Shown here: positions 24,711 to 27,056 of the stretch, piece by piece
Layout: every line of letters starts with the position of its first letter
Position numbering within the stretch: position 1 is the first letter of the stretch
Assembly: GCA_027017165.1 (NCBI GenBank)
Contig: JALURF010000105.1
Span: 1-27,056 of the forward strand
Length of the DNA: 27,056 nt
Direction: 5' to 3'
Source of the DNA: Thermofilaceae archaeon
GTDB lineage: Archaea > Thermoproteota > Thermoprotei > Thermofilales > B69-G16
Notes under the pieces: generated by a model
The model's database searches: none
Seen by the model: only the letters and a program-made list of their open reading frames with translations
What the model was told of the DNA's origin: nothing
Made by a program: the position numbers and the translations under genes

Positions 24711-25223
24711 TTATTTACGGTACAGGTATATTCTGTGAACATGATACCCCCGCGTACGTATATTTTCTTTGAAAATGCACCGCCACTCGGGAATTGGATA
24801 ATCGTGAGATACGACCCTAGCGCCTTTTTTAAGTTCTTTTTTCAGCTTTAGAGACAATTTTCCCAGTATAGCTGGTGTAAGATATACGGTAACTATATCG
24901 GCTTGGCTGACGTCAAAATTCATTAAATCCCCCGTGAAGATCTCTATTGATTTACTAAGTCCTCGCTCTTCCACTCTCTTTCTAGCCAGTTCGGCGAGCT
25001 TTTCATCAATCTCAACACCTATACACCTACAGCCATACTCTTCAGCGGCAATAAGAAGTATACGTCCATCGCCACATCCCAAATCCACGACTAGTTCTCC
25101 CGGCCTGGCACCCGCTAGGGCTAGCATTCTCCTCGCCACGTGAACTGGAGTAGCTAGGAATGGAACCCAAAGTACAGATAATCCCTTAAAGAAGGGTGTG
25201 GTGTTAAGCTCTGAGTACTCCAT
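24711..25223 (-). CDS. Class I SAM-dependent methyltransferase, similar to crenarchaeal protein-lysine methyltransferase aKMT (FAM173-like)
   Basis: VPFLATP, VDLGCGDGRI, GVEID, ADIVTVYL, LKKELKKGARVVSHDY and IYLY motifs. Start estimated at ATG 25223. Confidence 0.82.
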   Translation of the reverse strand: MEYSELNTTPFFKGLSVLWVPFLATPVHVARRMLALAGARPGELVVDLGCGDGRILLIAAEEYGCRCIGVEIDEKLAELARKRVEERGLSKSIEIFTGDLMNFDVSQADIVTVYLTPAILGKLSLKLKKELKKGARVVSHDYPIPEWRCIFKENIRTRGYHVHRIYLYRK

Positions 25224-25292
25224 AGAGCCCCCCATCCAGCCGCCGAAGATCATATAGCTTTGCATATTTTAAAGTTAATGAATGGTGATTGA

Positions 25293-25817
25293 ATGGAGAA
25301 GACTCTTGTTGAAATAAAAGCGAGATGCCGGGATTTAAACGCGGTTAGAGAGAAGCTGATAGAAAGTGGGGCGACGTATGTGGGTGTCTTCCACCAGATT
25401 GACACGTACTTTCTCATTGGAGATAGGAGACTTAAGCTTAGAGAGATAGAGGGAGATGAAGAGTCCAAGCTGGTATATTATGTGCGAGAGAATATTCCCG
25501 GACCTAAAGTTAGCAATATAATCATAGTCAGAACTACTGAGGGAGAAGGGCTGAAAAAAATTTTACGCGACGTACTGGGAGTTAAAGTCGTAGTAGATAA
25601 AAGGAGAGAGATTTATAGATACCGGGGAGTCCAGATACATTTAGATGAGGTTAAGGATCTCGGAACGTTTATAGAGTTTGAAATGGAAGTTCCTCGAGGC
25701 TCTGAAGACGAAGGAAGAAAGTACTTGACGAATTTGATGAGAGAACTAGAAATTGAGGAGAAGGATTTGATATCCGGGTCTTATAGTGATCTGTTAAGAT
25801 CTAAATTTATTGATTAG
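25293..25817 (+). CDS. CYTH-domain protein (CyaB-like / triphosphate tunnel metalloenzyme)
   Basis: EIKAR, HQIDTYF, LKLRE, VDKRREIY, IHLDEVKDLGTFIEFE and SYSDLL motifs. Confidence 0.92.
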   Translation: MEKTLVEIKARCRDLNAVREKLIESGATYVGVFHQIDTYFLIGDRRLKLREIEGDEESKLVYYVRENIPGPKVSNIIIVRTTEGEGLKKILRDVLGVKVVVDKRREIYRYRGVQIHLDEVKDLGTFIEFEMEVPRGSEDEGRKYLTNLMRELEIEEKDLISGSYSDLLRSKFID

Positions 25818-26318
25818 CCATGAGAAAAATAGGTTGGTAATGTTGTGTACTATAAAAGTTAGAACTAGAATGAAGAGTAGCGGCTGGATGTTCTCAACAA
25901 CGATTATATCGTCGTAAAATAAATGATAGAACATCAGGGCAGTAGCTATAAAGGGAAGCTCGTCTAAACCCCATGCGTGTTGTCCTCTCTTATAACCCAT
26001 TCTCCTCTTCAAAAAGGAGCCTATCGAGTCTCCTAGCATAGAACCCGTGGCTAGCGCCAGCGAGGCATACGGGTCATGAAGCGAGTACGCACCCAAAAGG
26101 CTTCCGGTGAGAGTGCCAGCCAAAACCCCGCTTAAGAAGCCTTCTAAGGTTTTCCCATCTCCCAGCAATCTGCGCCCATCTATAAATTTCTTACCAAAGT
26201 CTATAGGATGGTTAAAGTGTATAAACTTGGAGAGAAAGGCTGGCGTAGCGTTCGCCACCCAAGCCGGGAGTATTAATATCAGTAAATCGATATCCATTTC
26301 TAAGCTGGTCATGGGCAC
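25794..26318 (-). CDS. carS: CDP-archaeol synthase
   Basis: LPAWVANATP, PIDFGK...DGRRLLGDGKTLEG, GDSIGSFLKRR and DEL motifs. The true start may be ATG 26297. Confidence 0.92.
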   Translation of the reverse strand: MPMTSLEMDIDLLILILPAWVANATPAFLSKFIHFNHPIDFGKKFIDGRRLLGDGKTLEGFLSGVLAGTLTGSLLGAYSLHDPYASLALATGSMLGDSIGSFLKRRMGYKRGQHAWGLDELPFIATALMFYHLFYDDIIVVENIQPLLFILVLTFIVHNITNLFFSWLINKFRS

Positions 26319-26381
26319 ACCGTTGCTTTATTATAATATGTTGACATAAAGCTAATTATCTACTTTTCCCAACCTCAACCT

Positions 26382-27056
26382 ATGAGAAAAATTATAGTGA
26401 TCTTCATAGCAGCTTTAATACTGCTCGCCGGTGTTTCTTGGGCACAAGAGTTGCTCTGGATGGAGGATTATAATAAAGCTGTGCAATTGTCGAAGGAAAG
26501 CGGTAAGCCTCTCTTTATCTACTTTTATAGTGAGACGTGTTTCTACTGCGAGAAGTTTGAAAAAGAAACCCTTAGAAATCCGGAAGTCGTTAAACTACTA
26601 GAGGAGAATTTCGTTTTAGTAATGATTAATGCTAGAAGAGAGGCTGGCTTAGCCCGCGCTTACGGAATACCTGGGACTCCGACCGTCTTCGTGCGCCTGC
26701 CTAACGGAACTATAATCGACTATAATCTATGGAAAAAATGGCATCCCGGTTTTATGAATTCCAAAGAGTTAAAGGAGTACTTGTCTTTTTCTCTAGAATA
26801 TCTTGAAGCTAGCAAGACAAACGGAAAATATGTAAAGTTATCTCCTATCGAAAAAAGTGAGAGGGAGAGTGAAGGGCATCTCTTAGCTATATTTCCATTC
26901 ATATTCGTGGCTGGTATGATTTCGGCATTTTCACCCTGTGTGCTACCGTTGCTTCCTCTGCTTTTCGCTTTTCAACTTAAAAACAGCTTACGAAGAATTA
27001 TGCTCATAAACGCTGGCTTAATCTCCAGTTTTACGCTTCTAGGAATAGTTATAGGG
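26382..27056 (+). CDS. Secreted thioredoxin domain fused to a CcdA/DsbD-type transmembrane domain, 3'-truncated by the window edge
   Basis: Not in the ORF track because it has no stop in the window. Translation from ATG 26382 gives signal peptide MRKIIVIFIAALILLAGVSWAQ, GKPLFIYFYSETCFYC, YGIPGTPT, then GMISAFSPCVLPLLP. Confidence 0.88.
   Translation, partial: MRKIIVIFIAALILLAGVSWAQELLWMEDYNKAVQLSKESGKPLFIYFYSETCFYCEKFEKETLRNPEVVKLLEENFVLVMINARREAGLARAYGIPGTPTVFVRLPNGTIIDYNLWKKWHPGFMNSKELKEYLSFSLEYLEASKTNGKYVKLSPIEKSERESEGHLLAIFPFIFVAGMISAFSPCVLPLLPLLFAFQLKNSLRRIMLINAGLISSFTLLGIVIG

Noticed and set aside
23013-25817. CYTH plus DHH as a cyclic-nucleotide synthesis/degradation signalling pair
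   Set aside because: They are separated by two genes and lie on opposite strands. Archaeal CYTH proteins are often triphosphatases, so there is no direct support.
26720-26902. Antisense 60-aa ORF
   Set aside because: Shadow of the thioredoxin-CcdA gene on the + strand.

Overview
Gene-dense archaeal core-genome segment from a Thermoproteota/TACK organism. Rpo8, Elf1, SmAP3, PAC2 and Sec61beta, together with multi-intron tRNAs, a full-length RNase P RNA, Rpp21 and a multi-OB RPA, fit a Thermofilales-like lineage (inference). Most genes serve RNA/translation maturation (tiaS, beta-CASP RNase, rnpB, rnp4, rsmA, nep1, dph2, pelA, tgtA, SmAP3), lipid synthesis (GGGP synthase, carS) or DNA metabolism (RPA, topoisomerase IA). 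The ORF track misses several things: four tRNAs carrying six introns (five at non-canonical positions, three at 46/47), the RNase P RNA, a box C/D guide sRNA at about 15413-15468 (-), a multiply frameshifted DUF1152 pseudogene, a possible GIY-YIG remnant, and two ORFs running off the window edges. The best candidates for new biology are the tRNA intron set (two introns of tRNA-Gly share an identical 10-mer), the C/D sRNA behind rpo8, a SWS1/ZSWIM7-like SWIM protein next to RPA, a PhoH-KH-KH fusion before topA, and an ASCH-HTH-like fusion. I see no CRISPR array, transposase, integrase or recognisable defence system. All protein assignments come from motif recognition by eye; no database search was run.
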